From: Candidatus Latescibacterota bacterium
Lineage (GTDB): Bacteria; Latescibacterota; MWCZ01
DNA length: 64,000 nucleotides
Direction: 5' to 3'
NCBI GenBank assembly: GCA_022706085.1
Contig: JAKJDF010000003.1
Coordinates: 338,879 to 402,878 of the forward strand
Of the stretch, positions 20,258 to 30,858 are shown one piece after another. Position 1 is the stretch's first letter. Every line of letters begins with the position of its first letter. A program made the translations under genes and the position numbers. Below the pieces are notes generated by a model. The model was given only the letters and a program-made list of their open reading frames with translations, ran no database searches and had not been told where the DNA came from.

Positions 20258-21748
20258 ATGGCGGCGTCGAGGAAAATGATCGCCATTGATCTGGGTGCGT
20301 CAAGCGGACGGACGATTCTGGGCGAACTGGGGAAGAAACTCAGCCTGAGGGAGATTCACCGGTTTCCGAACGGACCGGTTTCCGATAGCGGACGGATGCG
20401 CTGGGACTTCGACCGTCTCTGGCAATCGGTGCAGGAAGGCATCCGGCGGGCCTCGGCAAATGCCGGCGGAGACATTGCGAGCCTTGGCCTGGACACATGG
20501 GGCGTAGACTACGGCCTTCTGGGCGAGGACGGGCGATTGCTGGAACCGCCCGTTCACTATCGGGATTCGCGCACGAACGGGATGATGGATTTTGCGTTCA
20601 AAAGGGTGCCACGCAAAGAGATATACGAAACGACGGGTCTGCAGTTTCTTCAACTGAATACGCTTTATCAATTGCTCGCGGAACAGACGTCAGGCTCGGG
20701 GCTTCTCGAGAAGGCGAAAACGCTGCTGATGATCCCCGACGTTTTTGATTACCTCCTGACGGGGATCGCAAAAGCGGAATTCACGGATGTCACCACCACT
20801 CAGTGTTACGATCCTCGAGCCCGGGGGTGGGCTCGCCCCCTGCTCGAACGCCTGGGAATTCCGACGCACTTCTTGCCGGAGATCATTCCGCCGGGTACAC
20901 CGCTTGGCGCCGTCCGCCCGGAATTGGCCGCCCGTCTGGAGTTGCACGGCGCCAGAGTCATCGCGCCCGGATGTCACGATACGGCCTCCGCGGTGGCGGC
21001 AGTTCCGGCGCGTGAAGGCGGGAAATGGGCGTATTTGAGCTCGGGAACGTGGTCGTTGATGGGCGTGGAGCTTCCAGAACCACACATTACGGAGACCGCG
21101 CTCGCGTACAACTTTACGAATGAAGGTGGCATCGGGGGCACGTTCCGGTTCCTGAAAAACATCAGCGGTCTCTGGCTGCTTCAGGAATGTCTCAGATACT
21201 GGCGAGAACATGATGGTGAGGACATTTCATATGCCGAGGCAGTCGCGCGTGCGAAAGCGGCGCGCCCGTTCCAGTCCTGGGTCGACCCTGACGCGCCGGA
21301 CTTCAACACGCCGGCTTCGATGCCGGAAGCGATTTCTCAATATTGCTCGAACACCGGGCAGGTGGTGCCCCGGACCAGGGATGAGATTCTGCGTACCGTA
21401 TTTGAGAGCCTTGCCCTCAAGTATCGGTCGGTATTTGACATGCTGAGGGAAATGGTCGGCGGCATTCAGGTGCTTCACATTGTCGGCGGAGGATCGGCGA
21501 ACGAGTTGTTGAACCAGTTTTCCGCCAACGCGCTCGGAGTTCAGGTTCTCGCCGGGCCCGTGGAAGCGACGGCGATTGGCAATTTGATGGTGCAGGCGAT
21601 GGCTCTTGGAGAAGTTCGCTCAACGGCGGAAATCAGAACAGTCGTACGGGATTCGTTCCCCGTTACTTTGTTCGAGCCGCAGGATTCTGGCGACTGGGAG
21701 GACGCGTACGGACGCTGGCGGGAGGTGATCGTGAAATCTGTCGCTTAG
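20258..21748 (+). CDS. rhaB: FGGY-family sugar kinase, rhamnulokinase-like
   Basis: IAIDLGASSGR N-terminal motif, FGGY kinase architecture. AGGAG RBS 9 nt upstream of the ATG at 20258. Confidence 0.65.
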   Translation: MAASRKMIAIDLGASSGRTILGELGKKLSLREIHRFPNGPVSDSGRMRWDFDRLWQSVQEGIRRASANAGGDIASLGLDTWGVDYGLLGEDGRLLEPPVHYRDSRTNGMMDFAFKRVPRKEIYETTGLQFLQLNTLYQLLAEQTSGSGLLEKAKTLLMIPDVFDYLLTGIAKAEFTDVTTTQCYDPRARGWARPLLERLGIPTHFLPEIIPPGTPLGAVRPELAARLELHGARVIAPGCHDTASAVAAVPAREGGKWAYLSSGTWSLMGVELPEPHITETALAYNFTNEGGIGGTFRFLKNISGLWLLQECLRYWREHDGEDISYAEAVARAKAARPFQSWVDPDAPDFNTPASMPEAISQYCSNTGQVVPRTRDEILRTVFESLALKYRSVFDMLREMVGGIQVLHIVGGGSANELLNQFSANALGVQVLAGPVEATAIGNLMVQAMALGEVRSTAEIRTVVRDSFPVTLFEPQDSGDWEDAYGRWREVIVKSVA

Positions 21749-21911
21749 TACGGTAGGCACTGAAATTGTCGGGAACGCCGCTGTTTTCACAACGTCCTGA
21801 AAAACTCGAACACTGCATCTGCGGGGTGCCACCGAACGGAATCTGAACGGTTTGAGTGGTCAAAGGTTAAAAAAGGGGGGCAGGGAAACGGACACGCTCT
21901 GGCAGGCAGAC

Positions 21912-23342
21912 ATGGAAGCAACGGAACGCGTCAAAGGAACGAACGGGACCGTACTCATCGTCGATGATGATCCGGCAATTCGCAGGTTGCTGGCGGCCGC
22001 GCTGGAAAGAGCGGGTTTTCAGGTGCGGCAAGCGGAGGGATACCGCCAGTGCTATGGCGAGATGAGTGACACGGCAAGCGTTGATGCAGTCCTTCTCGAC
22101 ATCATGTTACCCGAAGTCAACGGGCTGGAAATCCTGCGCCATTGTTCCAAACTGGATTCGCCGCCCGCTGTAGTGATGATGACGGCTTCAACGGATGTCT
22201 CGGACGCCGTCAATGCCCTGAAATTAGGCGCGTTTGACTACCTGATAAAACCGGATGACACGAGCAATTTGCCGAAGCTTACCGGCGTATTGAGGAACGC
22301 CGTCTCCTTCACGCGCTCAGAGCGCGAGATCGTTCGGTTGAGGCGGGAACTGGTAGCGCGCAACCGCCCGGCGGACATTGTTGGCACCTCGGCGCCCATG
22401 CAACGAGTTTTCGAGGCAATCCGCCAGGTTGCCGACAGCGATGCGTCCGTTCTGATCACGGGGGAGAGCGGCACGGGAAAGGAACTGGTGGCAAAGGCGA
22501 TCCACGAGGCAAGTTCTCGCTCCAGGGGGCCTTTTGTTGTCGTAAATTGCTCGGCGATCCCCGTTACGCTCATTGAAAGCGAGCTGTTTGGTCATGAAAA
22601 AGGAGCATTTACAGGCGCAATAACTCAAAAGAGGGGCAAATTCGAGATCGCGCACGGCGGGACGATTTTCCTCGACGAGATAGGAGACATGGATTCCGGT
22701 TCGCAGACGCGATTGCTGCGTGTGCTCCAGGAGCAGGCGTTCGAACGGGTCGGCGGCACGCACCCCATCAATGTCGACGTTCGGTTCATTGCCGCAACCA
22801 ATCAGGACCTGCAGGTGCGTGTTCGAGAGTCGGCATTCCGATTGGACCTGTTCTACCGGATCGCGGTCTTTACCATCTCATTACCGCCGCTGCGGGATCG
22901 GACGGAGGATATTCCGCTCCTGGCCGCACATTTCCTGAACCTTCACGCATCTAGAGCCCGCAAAAAAGCTGCCGGGTTCGAACCGGCGGCGATGAACGCT
23001 CTTATCCGGCACGCATGGCCGGGGAATGTTCGGGAACTGGGCAATGTGATCCAGCACGCGGTGATCGTCTCAGAAGGACCAACCATCCGGCTTGAACATC
23101 TCCCGCCACACCTGGTGCAGGAAGGTGCCTCCAAAACGCCGGCAGGAGAGAACGTGGTGCTTCTTCGAGATCCTTCCACACACGATATTCGTCCACTGAA
23201 AGAAGTGGAAAAGGAGGTGATGAAAAGAGCGCTTGAGGCCACGGAGGGCAACTTTGCGCAGGCCGCCATGAAGCTCCAGATCGGCCGGGCCACGCTGTAC
23301 CGCAAGGTGAAGGAATACGGACTGGACGCGGATGGAACTTGA
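21912..23342 (+). CDS. sigma-54-dependent response regulator (NtrC/Fis family)
   Basis: Receiver domain (LIVDDD), AAA+ sigma-54 activator core (GESGTGKE, GAFTGA-type loop EKGAFTGA), C-terminal HTH. Confidence 0.85.
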   Translation: MEATERVKGTNGTVLIVDDDPAIRRLLAAALERAGFQVRQAEGYRQCYGEMSDTASVDAVLLDIMLPEVNGLEILRHCSKLDSPPAVVMMTASTDVSDAVNALKLGAFDYLIKPDDTSNLPKLTGVLRNAVSFTRSEREIVRLRRELVARNRPADIVGTSAPMQRVFEAIRQVADSDASVLITGESGTGKELVAKAIHEASSRSRGPFVVVNCSAIPVTLIESELFGHEKGAFTGAITQKRGKFEIAHGGTIFLDEIGDMDSGSQTRLLRVLQEQAFERVGGTHPINVDVRFIAATNQDLQVRVRESAFRLDLFYRIAVFTISLPPLRDRTEDIPLLAAHFLNLHASRARKKAAGFEPAAMNALIRHAWPGNVRELGNVIQHAVIVSEGPTIRLEHLPPHLVQEGASKTPAGENVVLLRDPSTHDIRPLKEVEKEVMKRALEATEGNFAQAAMKLQIGRATLYRKVKEYGLDADGT

Positions 23343-23410
23343 CGGTTCTGGGCGTACATGTTCCCCATCTCTGCTCCGTGGGTGTCCAAAAGGCGATGAT
23401 GGAGGGCAGT

Positions 23411-23929
23411 ATGTCTCCTTACGTAAATCGAATACGGCGTGCACTGAAGCTTGATCCCGCATTGTTCGAGGAAGTGGAAGCGGACAAGCATGCAACCGGC
23501 GAGGCCGTTGGGGTGGTCCTGTTATCAAGTGGCGCGACGGGCCTTGGAGCGATTCCTCAAACAAGCATCGGATCGCTCGCGATTCTGTTTGTTGCGGTGC
23601 TTGTCGGGTGGTGTGCGTGGGTATATGTGACATTCGTGTTCGGGGTTCAGGTGTTTTCTGTACCCGAGACAGATGTTGACGTGGGCCAGATAGTACGCAC
23701 ATCGGGGTACGCTGCTGCACCCGGTCTTTTCGCGATTTTCGGCATCATTCCCCTTCTCTACGTCCCCGCGCTTGCGCTGGCGCTGGTGTGGATGCTCGCC
23801 GCAATGGTTGTTTCGGTGCGTCAGGCGTTCGACTACTCCAGTACCTGGCGTGCTCTCGGTGTGTGCGCGGCCGGTTGGATAGTTCTTGCGGCGTACATCG
23901 GTGGGGTTGTTCTCCTGTTGCAGTGCTGA
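23411..23929 (+). CDS. Yip1-domain integral membrane protein
   Basis: About 5 TM helices after a charged N-terminus, Yip1/DUF1282-like. GGAGGG RBS before the ATG at 23411. Confidence 0.5.
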   Translation: MSPYVNRIRRALKLDPALFEEVEADKHATGEAVGVVLLSSGATGLGAIPQTSIGSLAILFVAVLVGWCAWVYVTFVFGVQVFSVPETDVDVGQIVRTSGYAAAPGLFAIFGIIPLLYVPALALALVWMLAAMVVSVRQAFDYSSTWRALGVCAAGWIVLAAYIGGVVLLLQC

Positions 23930-23964
23930 AAACGGCGAACACCGGATTGGAGAGGACACGAAGC

Positions 23965-25245
23965 ATGGAAGCGTCCCGTGTGCGGGTTTTGGCTTCCCTT
24001 TCCGCGCTCGTGTTTTCCACTGTTGTGTTTGCAGTAGCCGGGCTTTTTGTGGACCGGCAGCTACAGGCGCTGCTGGACGACCGTTTGGCAGAGGCGTTGC
24101 TGGCACAGGCGAAATCGGTTGCGGGGGCAGTTTTTCTGGAAAACACGACGGACTCGGTCGCACTGGCGCTGGCAACGGGTACCCTTTCAGAGACACGGGA
24201 GCAGACCGGTGCGGAACTGGTAGTGCTCCTGGACGCGCGCGGCAGGGTATTGTTCACTGACCCTCCAGTTCTCGGAGAACGTCCGTACATCGATCTGGAT
24301 AACGCCGCCCTGGCGTCCGCCATAACTGGAAAACCGGCATGCGGGGAGCGTTTCCGTATCGGCAACGTGGATCTGAAAACTGCCTTTGCGCCGGTTTTCA
24401 GCCCGTTCGGCGAAGTAGTGGCAATCGTGGGAATCGAAGCGCCGGCGGATTTCTTCGGAGCACTTCGTGACGTGAGGCGGGCGCTTGTTATTACGCTGGG
24501 TCTGGGCATGGCGCTGGTCGCGGGGTTGGTCGTTGTGGTATGGCATTTCTGGGCGCGGAGTGAGGCTTCTGAACGCGCGCTGTGGGATAGTCAGCAGTTG
24601 GCCATGATCGGGCAGATGACCGCGACGATGGCCCACGAGGTGCGGAACCCGCTCGGGATCATCAAAGCGGCGGCAGAACGGATCCGCCGTAAGTACGGCG
24701 ATGGAACGGAGCTTTTCGATTTCATTCCCGATGAAGTGGATCGACTCGACCGTCTTACGGAATGGTATCTGCGATTCGCCAAACCTGGCGATTTGAGGCT
24801 TACGAAAGCCAGAATGGGGCCGATCCTCCAGGATTCGGTCTCCCGTGTTCGCGGTGAACTGGAAGCGGCAGCGATCGAGGTGGTCGTAGAGGATCTGGCG
24901 GAATCGGAATGCCTGGTGGACTATGATCGCCTTGTGCAGGTGAACATCAACATCCTTCTGAACGCCCGGCAGGCGATAGGCTCAAACGGGAGGATCGAGG
25001 CAAAAGTATTCGAAAAATCGGACGTGATAAGGGTGGAGGTGAAAGACAACGGACCCGGGATTCCGCCCCGTGTTCAGCCCAACGTGTTCCAACCATTCTT
25101 CACCACGAAAACCGCGGGCAGTGGACTGGGGCTTCCCGTCGTGAAGCAGGTCGTTGAGGCCCTTGGCGGCAGAGTGGGGCTGACCAGCAGGCCGGGAGAT
25201 GGAACCACGGTGTGGTATGAACTCCCGTGTGCGAAAGACAACTGA
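23965..25245 (+). CDS. sensor histidine kinase with periplasmic sensor domain
   Basis: Two TM segments flanking an approx. 190-aa loop, H-box HEVRNPL, N/G-box HATPase (DNGPGIP, GSGLGL). GGAGAGGA RBS. Confidence 0.85.
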   Translation: MEASRVRVLASLSALVFSTVVFAVAGLFVDRQLQALLDDRLAEALLAQAKSVAGAVFLENTTDSVALALATGTLSETREQTGAELVVLLDARGRVLFTDPPVLGERPYIDLDNAALASAITGKPACGERFRIGNVDLKTAFAPVFSPFGEVVAIVGIEAPADFFGALRDVRRALVITLGLGMALVAGLVVVVWHFWARSEASERALWDSQQLAMIGQMTATMAHEVRNPLGIIKAAAERIRRKYGDGTELFDFIPDEVDRLDRLTEWYLRFAKPGDLRLTKARMGPILQDSVSRVRGELEAAAIEVVVEDLAESECLVDYDRLVQVNINILLNARQAIGSNGRIEAKVFEKSDVIRVEVKDNGPGIPPRVQPNVFQPFFTTKTAGSGLGLPVVKQVVEALGGRVGLTSRPGDGTTVWYELPCAKDN

Positions 25246-25269
25246 TCGAAATCGGAAGAAGGACGATAG

Positions 25270-25608
25270 ATGCAGCGCGACAGAGTTGGCAAAATCGTTC
25301 CCATAGGAAAAGGTCTGTGTCGCGTGATCGTTCGCTCGCGCAAACTGGCGGAGAGACTTTCCAGCGTGCCCGGTGTAGAGGTCAGAGCGCAGGACGCGGA
25401 ATACCTGGGGTGGTGGGTGATATTTCCGGAGTCGATGCGCGCGTTGATCGAACCGGTGTTCCGTGAGAAAACGATCGTGACCGAACACGCCGCGCAGTTG
25501 TCCCTGCTGGACATCGATGCTGGTGATGCCGGCAATTCAAAAGGGGAACCGCCTGAGAAATGCGGCGATGGCACGGGAGAGGGGAATGGCTCGGGTACTC
25601 CTGGTTGA
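25270..25608 (+). CDS. small hypothetical protein (weak call)
   Basis: 112-codon ORF in the HK-to-RR gap with high GC3; overlaps the RR start by about 20 nt; no recognisable family. Confidence 0.25.
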   Translation: MQRDRVGKIVPIGKGLCRVIVRSRKLAERLSSVPGVEVRAQDAEYLGWWVIFPESMRALIEPVFREKTIVTEHAAQLSLLDIDAGDAGNSKGEPPEKCGDGTGEGNGSGTPG

Positions 25609-26905
25609 CGACGAACGGAAGCTCGCGGTACTGCTTGCGGGAGAACTGACTGATGCGGGGCACTCGGTGCTTACCGCGCAAGACGGGCGAACAGCGATTC
25701 AACTGGTAAAGGAACAGGCTTTTGATGTTGTCGTAACGGACATCCGTATGGAGGAGGTTGACGGTCTCGCGCTTCTCAGGGCGGTGAAAGACACATGTCC
25801 GGACACGGACGTGATCATGATGACGGCGTACGCCAATATCGAGACAACAGTGGAAGCTCTGAGAAAGGGAGCGGCGGATTACCTCATCAAGCCCTTCCCA
25901 CCGGAAGAACTTATTCTTGCCGTTGAGCGCGTTGCAGAACGGCAGAGGCTTGCCCTCGAGAACAGGCAACTCAAACGTGAACTCGCCTCAGGGGAATCCG
26001 AATTCATTGCTGCGAGCGACGCCATGAAAACCGTTGCCGATCTGGTGTCCCGGATCGCGAAAACGGACACGAGCGTGCTGATCACCGGCGCAAGCGGGAC
26101 GGGGAAGGAAGTCGTTGCAAGGGCCATTCACGCTCGCAGCAAGAGGAAGGACGGGCCGTTTGTCGCTGTGAACTGCGCGGCTTTGCCGGAGCCGTTGCTC
26201 GAGAGTGAGCTTTTTGGGCACGAACGTGGAGCCTTCACCGGGGCGGACCGACGCAAACTGGGGAGATTTGAGCTGGCTGACAAAGGCACCCTGTTCCTCG
26301 ATGAGATTGGAGAAATCGGTCAGAGCATTCAGGTCAAGCTTCTGCGCGCACTGGAGACGAAGACATTCGAGCGTGTGGGAGGGACCGCGAACATCAGCGT
26401 GGATGTGCGGATCATTGCCGCCACGAACAAGGATCTTCCCACAGCGATCGCGAACAAACAGTTCCGAGAAGACCTGTACTACCGCCTGAACGTATTCCCG
26501 ATAAGCCTGCCGCCGTTGAAAGAGCGGATTGCGGATATCCGCGCGTTAGCGGCCCATTTCGTGGCGCCGACCGGGCTGAAACTCTGTGACGCCACGCTCA
26601 GGCGGCTTGAGGAATACGAGTGGCCGGGGAATGTGCGTGAGCTCCGCAATGTTCTGGAACGCGCGGTCATATTGTGCGACGGCGATACGATTCTGCCAGA
26701 ACACCTGTCGCTGGACCCCGTCTCTCGCCGGACGGGGAACGATAGCGACGTGGCTGACCTGAACCTGGAAAGAAGGGAACGGAAAGCGCTGGAGGAGGCA
26801 TTGGCCCGCGCGAAAGGGAACAAGGCGGAGGCTGCGCGGTTGCTGGGAATCAGCAGGAGAGCCCTTTACTCACGCGCGGCGAGCCTCGGCATTACCCTGA
26901 CGTAA
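25586..26905 (+). CDS. sigma-54-dependent response regulator (NtrC/Fis family), second copy
   Basis: Receiver (LLVDDE), AAA+ core ([16 protein letters not shown]), HTH. GGGAGAGGGG RBS before the ATG at 25586. Confidence 0.85.
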   Translation: MARVLLVDDERKLAVLLAGELTDAGHSVLTAQDGRTAIQLVKEQAFDVVVTDIRMEEVDGLALLRAVKDTCPDTDVIMMTAYANIETTVEALRKGAADYLIKPFPPEELILAVERVAERQRLALENRQLKRELASGESEFIAASDAMKTVADLVSRIAKTDTSVLITGASGTGKEVVARAIHARSKRKDGPFVAVNCAALPEPLLESELFGHERGAFTGADRRKLGRFELADKGTLFLDEIGEIGQSIQVKLLRALETKTFERVGGTANISVDVRIIAATNKDLPTAIANKQFREDLYYRLNVFPISLPPLKERIADIRALAAHFVAPTGLKLCDATLRRLEEYEWPGNVRELRNVLERAVILCDGDTILPEHLSLDPVSRRTGNDSDVADLNLERRERKALEEALARAKGNKAEAARLLGISRRALYSRAASLGITLT

Positions 26906-26968
26906 AGAGCGCACCGGATGGCAAGTCGAACGGGGATACCGCCGCCATGCCACCCGGTGCAGAACATG

Positions 26969-27142
26969 TTACTCCAGCGTAATCGCCTCACTTGGGCATT
27001 CGTCTACACAAGCGCCGCAATCCGTGCACTCTTCGGGGTTCACCACTGCCACGTCTTCGTCCATCGTGATGGCTTCGGACGGGCACACTTCCACGCAACT
27101 TCCACAACCAGTGCATTCCTCTTTGTTGACTACTGCAGGCAT
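26969..27142 (-). CDS. 2x[4Fe-4S] ferredoxin
   Basis: Two CxxCxxCxxxCP motifs. AGGAG RBS before the ATG at 27142. Confidence 0.8.
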   Translation of the reverse strand: MPAVVNKEECTGCGSCVEVCPSEAITMDEDVAVVNPEECTDCGACVDECPSEAITLE

Positions 27143-27197
27143 TTTCTTGCTCCTGAGTTGAGTTGAATACTCCCGGAATGAGTTCCGGGTCTGCCGG

Positions 27198-28271
27198 CTA
27201 CGCAAAGTTCACAAGTGAGCTATCCCCGAGAACGAATCTATTCTCTGAAGGCATGAGTCGTTCGTGGGTGATCCGGACGTTCTTGCCGATGAGACTCGAC
27301 CCGATACGGGATTTGATACCGGAAATGACGCTTTTCTCCATTATGATGCTGTATTCCACCTCACTCCCTTCTATCGTTACACCCGGCCCAATGGAGGTAT
27401 AGGGTCCTATATATGCGTCACGGATCATCGAACCGGGGCCGACGATGACCGGCCCGCGTATGATGCTTCTTTCAACGACCGCGGAAGACTCGATTACCAC
27501 ACGCCCGACAACGGAAGATTGGCCGTCCACGTTTCCGCGGCACGAAGCCTCGGTGATTTTTTCCAGCAGTAACCGGTTGAGGTCTATCATGTCTTCCGGC
27601 TTACCGGTGTCCTTCCACCACCCTTCCAACATCAGCGGCTGAACCACAAGGTTCCGGGCGATCAGTTCCCGTAATGCATCGGGCAGTTCCAGCTCGCCTC
27701 GGGGGGAGGGCTTCACCTTTCCGATGACATCGAAAATGCACGGCTGGAACACGTAAATACCGGCGACCGCAAGGTTACTCTTGGGTGATTCCGGTTTCTC
27801 TTCGAGACCTACGATTCTCCCATTTTCGATTTCCGCTATGCCAAATTGGTGCGGGTTATCTGTCTTGTGCAGAACGACGACTGACGCCGGGTGGTTTTTT
27901 GCGAATGCCTCCACGACGGAGGTGATACCATTCTCTACGAGGATGTCGCCGAGAACCATCAGAAACGGTGCACCAGCCGCCCAGTCTTGTGCTAACGATA
28001 CAGCATGTGCTGTGCCAAGAGGGTTATCCTGGACGATATAGTCCACCTCGACACCCCAGCGCGAACCATCGCCCACCGCGCCTTCGATTTCGTGCCGGTT
28101 TACCCCGACCACTATGCCGATCTCCGTAATTCCGGCCTTGTGGAGCATTTCGATCGTGTAGTGGATCAGTGGCTTGTTGGCAACCGGCAGAACGTGCTTG
28201 GCCGAGGTGTAAGTGATGGGACGCAATCTGCTTCCCATACCGGCACAGAGGAGCAACCCTTTTTTTAGCAT
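27198..28271 (-). CDS. sugar-1-phosphate nucleotidyltransferase with C-terminal left-handed beta-helix (long-form RmlA/GlmU-like)
   Basis: [14 protein letters not shown]... (G-x-G-T/S-R-L nucleotide-binding signature), then hexapeptide-repeat C-terminus. Confidence 0.7.
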   Translation of the reverse strand: MLKKGLLLCAGMGSRLRPITYTSAKHVLPVANKPLIHYTIEMLHKAGITEIGIVVGVNRHEIEGAVGDGSRWGVEVDYIVQDNPLGTAHAVSLAQDWAAGAPFLMVLGDILVENGITSVVEAFAKNHPASVVVLHKTDNPHQFGIAEIENGRIVGLEEKPESPKSNLAVAGIYVFQPCIFDVIGKVKPSPRGELELPDALRELIARNLVVQPLMLEGWWKDTGKPEDMIDLNRLLLEKITEASCRGNVDGQSSVVGRVVIESSAVVERSIIRGPVIVGPGSMIRDAYIGPYTSIGPGVTIEGSEVEYSIIMEKSVISGIKSRIGSSLIGKNVRITHERLMPSENRFVLGDSSLVNFA

Positions 28272-28285
28272 TTGGCATCCTTCGG

Positions 28286-28327
28286 CTCTCAGTCGCTGAG
28301 AGACCTCTCTCAGTCGCTGAGAGACCT
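28286..28327. repeat. exact tandem duplication of a 21-nt palindromic unit (CTCTCAGTCGCTGAGAGACCT x2)
   Basis: Two perfect copies. Each unit contains the 7-bp inverted repeat CTCTCAG/CTGAGAG around TCG. The second copy encodes the last 5 codons and stop of the DUF1015 gene. Coordinates +/-1 nt. Confidence 0.8.
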
Positions 28328-29581
28328 CATGACCATACCCGTGAGAGGTTTCGGGCTGAAATACGTGGATTTGTGCGGCATCACGTCACCGGCTTCGGCG
28401 ACCGCCGCAATCTGAGCGGCCGACGGCGCGCGTATCAGAAAAAAGATGTCAGCAGAACCTGATACGACGGCAGAACAGCCGTCCTCCGGGTCGACCGTAT
28501 ATCTGATGTTCACGTCGTTCTCACTCACACCTGCAATACGCTGCAGGATCACCTCGTGCAGGAGAGACACGTCGAGTTTGCGCCAGGCCGGCGACCGTTG
28601 TGGATCTATCCATTCGGCAACGCGTTCCCACGACCGCAACCCGAGAAGAAAAACTCCGTGATTCTTCACCCACATCCCGATTTTATAAGATTCCGCGGTG
28701 TCTACTTTGAGTAATCCTGCGAGATTCGGGCTGGTTGCGCCAATTCTCGTCACCGCGAAATACTCGTCCAGACGGCTGAGAAATCCACCCACGTCAAACG
28801 ATGGTGGAAACGTCACGACCCGGTGCGGAGGCAGAATAGTAAGGTTCGGGTCATCGCTGGAGCAAAGATACACCATCAATGACTCCGCCGCCCCTCGGAT
28901 ACCCATGGCGCGCTGCTGGTCGCGAAAGCGTATCGCTGTCTCGTACCGATGGTGCCCGTCAGCGATGATAAGTGGGTACCGGCGTACTACTTCCGCAACT
29001 CGCCTGATGTCGCCAGTATCGGTTACCCGCCACATCCTGCTCGTGCCGCCGGCGGTTTGAGCCTCTGCGTCAGGTGGAGCACTTGCGACGCGTGCGTACG
29101 TTCCGCCAAGTTCGTCCGTCGGGTCGCGATAAAGCAGGAAGACGGGACTCAGGTTGGCGAGCGTCTCCTCCATGAGGCGGAGTCGGTCCGCCTTCGGTCC
29201 GGCGAACGTCCGTTCGTGTGGCAACACTGACCCCTTGCCGATTTCTTCCAGTACAAGCGCCCCAATAAAACCGCGCCTGACGGCAGGTTTGCCCGAGGGC
29301 GTCACGTACCGCTCCTCGAGGAAGTACAACGCCGGGGCGGGGTCACGCACCAGAACTCCCGATTCCCTCCATCTGCGCCAGAGGCTTCCCGCATAGCGAT
29401 ACTTCGCGTCTCCATCTCCGATCGGCAGGTCAATCCGCACCACATTGAACAGGTTTTTTGAGAGAAGGTGTGCGCGTCCTTCGGGAGTGATGACGTCGTA
29501 CGGGGGTGCAACGACTGTCTCCAGCGCTCCAACCTTTTCACTGTTATAGCGGATGCCCCGAATTGGGTTGATGATCGCCAC
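28310..29581 (-). CDS. DUF1015 family protein
   Basis: ADGHHRYETA motif and overall DUF1015-like sequence. GTG start overlapping the ispG stop. Confidence 0.65.
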   Translation of the reverse strand: MAIINPIRGIRYNSEKVGALETVVAPPYDVITPEGRAHLLSKNLFNVVRIDLPIGDGDAKYRYAGSLWRRWRESGVLVRDPAPALYFLEERYVTPSGKPAVRRGFIGALVLEEIGKGSVLPHERTFAGPKADRLRLMEETLANLSPVFLLYRDPTDELGGTYARVASAPPDAEAQTAGGTSRMWRVTDTGDIRRVAEVVRRYPLIIADGHHRYETAIRFRDQQRAMGIRGAAESLMVYLCSSDDPNLTILPPHRVVTFPPSFDVGGFLSRLDEYFAVTRIGATSPNLAGLLKVDTAESYKIGMWVKNHGVFLLGLRSWERVAEWIDPQRSPAWRKLDVSLLHEVILQRIAGVSENDVNIRYTVDPEDGCSAVVSGSADIFFLIRAPSAAQIAAVAEAGDVMPHKSTYFSPKPLTGMVMRSLSD

Positions 29582-30717
29582 TAGGAAATCCTTCCCTCCA
29601 CCCGTGCCTTTTCAATTTCTTCGAACAGCGCAGACACCAGTTCCTCTTCTTTGACTCGCCTCACGACCGCACCGTCGCGGTACACCAGTCCGACGCCCTT
29701 GCCACCGGCAATGCCAAAGTCCGCTCCCTGAGATTCACCCGGCCCGTTAACCACACACCCCATGACCGCGACCCGAAATGACTCCGAGTACTTCTCCAGA
29801 CGGCGTTCCACTTCCTGAGCGATGCTGATCAGGTCAATCTCGACGCGGCCGCAGGTGGGGCAGGAAATCAGCGTCGGGCCTTTCACTCGCAGTCGCAGCG
29901 CTTTCAGGATATCAAACCCGACGGCGACTTCCTTGACCGGGTCATCGGTCAGAGAAACGCGTATCGTATCCCCGATGCCTGCCGCCAGGATAGCGCCGAT
30001 GCCGACCGCGGAAGCGATTGAACCGGTTTTCGCCGTTCCGGCTTCCGTGATGCCCACATGCAGAGGATAGGGGCGCTCTCTGGAAAAATCGGTATAGGCC
30101 GCGATCGCCATCGGAACGTCCGACGCCTTGAGCGATACCACGATGTCGTGAAATGACAGATCCTCAAGTATTCGGACGTGACGCAACGCGCTTTCTACCA
30201 GTCCGGCGGCCGTCGGGTACCCGAATCTCTCCAGAATATCCTTTTCCAGCGAACCCGCGTTGACTCCGACCCTGATAGGGATCCCGCGCTCCGAACATGC
30301 GCTTGCCACGCGTTCGACAGACTGCCGCGTACCGATGTTACCCGGGTTGATACGAAGCTTGTCCACTCCCTGCTCCACCGCCACCAGAGCAAGACGGTGC
30401 CCGAAATGGATATCGGCGACGAGAGGTATCGGAATCTGTCTCCGGATTTCCCCGAGCGCAAGCGCGTCCGCTTCATGCGGGACCGCAACCCTGACAATCT
30501 CACAACCGGCGGCCGCAAGGGCGTTAATCTGTCGGACGGTGGCGTCTATGTCTCGCGTGTTTGTGGTGCACATGGACTGAACCGTCACAGGCGCGCCACC
30601 GCCAATATGTACCCCACCGACCGAAACGCGATGCGTTGCGGTCCGAGGGGTAAACGGCTTCACGTGAGAACAGGCGCCGTCACCCAGCTGCCCGGAATCA
30701 GTGTTCTCGTGTGCCAT
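29581..30717 (-). CDS. ispG: 4-hydroxy-3-methylbut-2-enyl diphosphate synthase (GcpE)
   Basis: VQSMCTT, TIM-barrel GcpE core, C-terminal 4Fe-4S cysteines (CPTCGR...GCVVNGPGE). Confidence 0.9.
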   Translation of the reverse strand: MAHENTDSGQLGDGACSHVKPFTPRTATHRVSVGGVHIGGGAPVTVQSMCTTNTRDIDATVRQINALAAAGCEIVRVAVPHEADALALGEIRRQIPIPLVADIHFGHRLALVAVEQGVDKLRINPGNIGTRQSVERVASACSERGIPIRVGVNAGSLEKDILERFGYPTAAGLVESALRHVRILEDLSFHDIVVSLKASDVPMAIAAYTDFSRERPYPLHVGITEAGTAKTGSIASAVGIGAILAAGIGDTIRVSLTDDPVKEVAVGFDILKALRLRVKGPTLISCPTCGRVEIDLISIAQEVERRLEKYSESFRVAVMGCVVNGPGESQGADFGIAGGKGVGLVYRDGAVVRRVKEEELVSALFEEIEKARVEGRIS

Positions 30718-30858
30718 GGAACGTGTCCGTGAAGAACGCAGAAATGCAACTCTGGAAAACGCGCTTCGGGAATGCCGTGACCCGGTGCCCGGGCGGGAAA
30801 GTTATAAGATAAGACACTTCGCCCGGCTCCGTCCATTTCCCCGGAATGGTTTCGCTTC

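Noticed and set aside
21755-21775. Possible sigma-54 promoter AGGCAC-TGAAA-TTGT upstream of the first sigma-54 activator
   Set aside because: Lacks the conserved T at -26 and the GC at -12 (TTGT rather than TTGC). Too degenerate to call.
26906-26968. Imperfect inverted repeat CACCGGATGGCA...TGCCACCCGGTG between convergent genes
   Set aside because: One mismatch, a roughly 24-nt loop and no U-run. Weak as a terminator.
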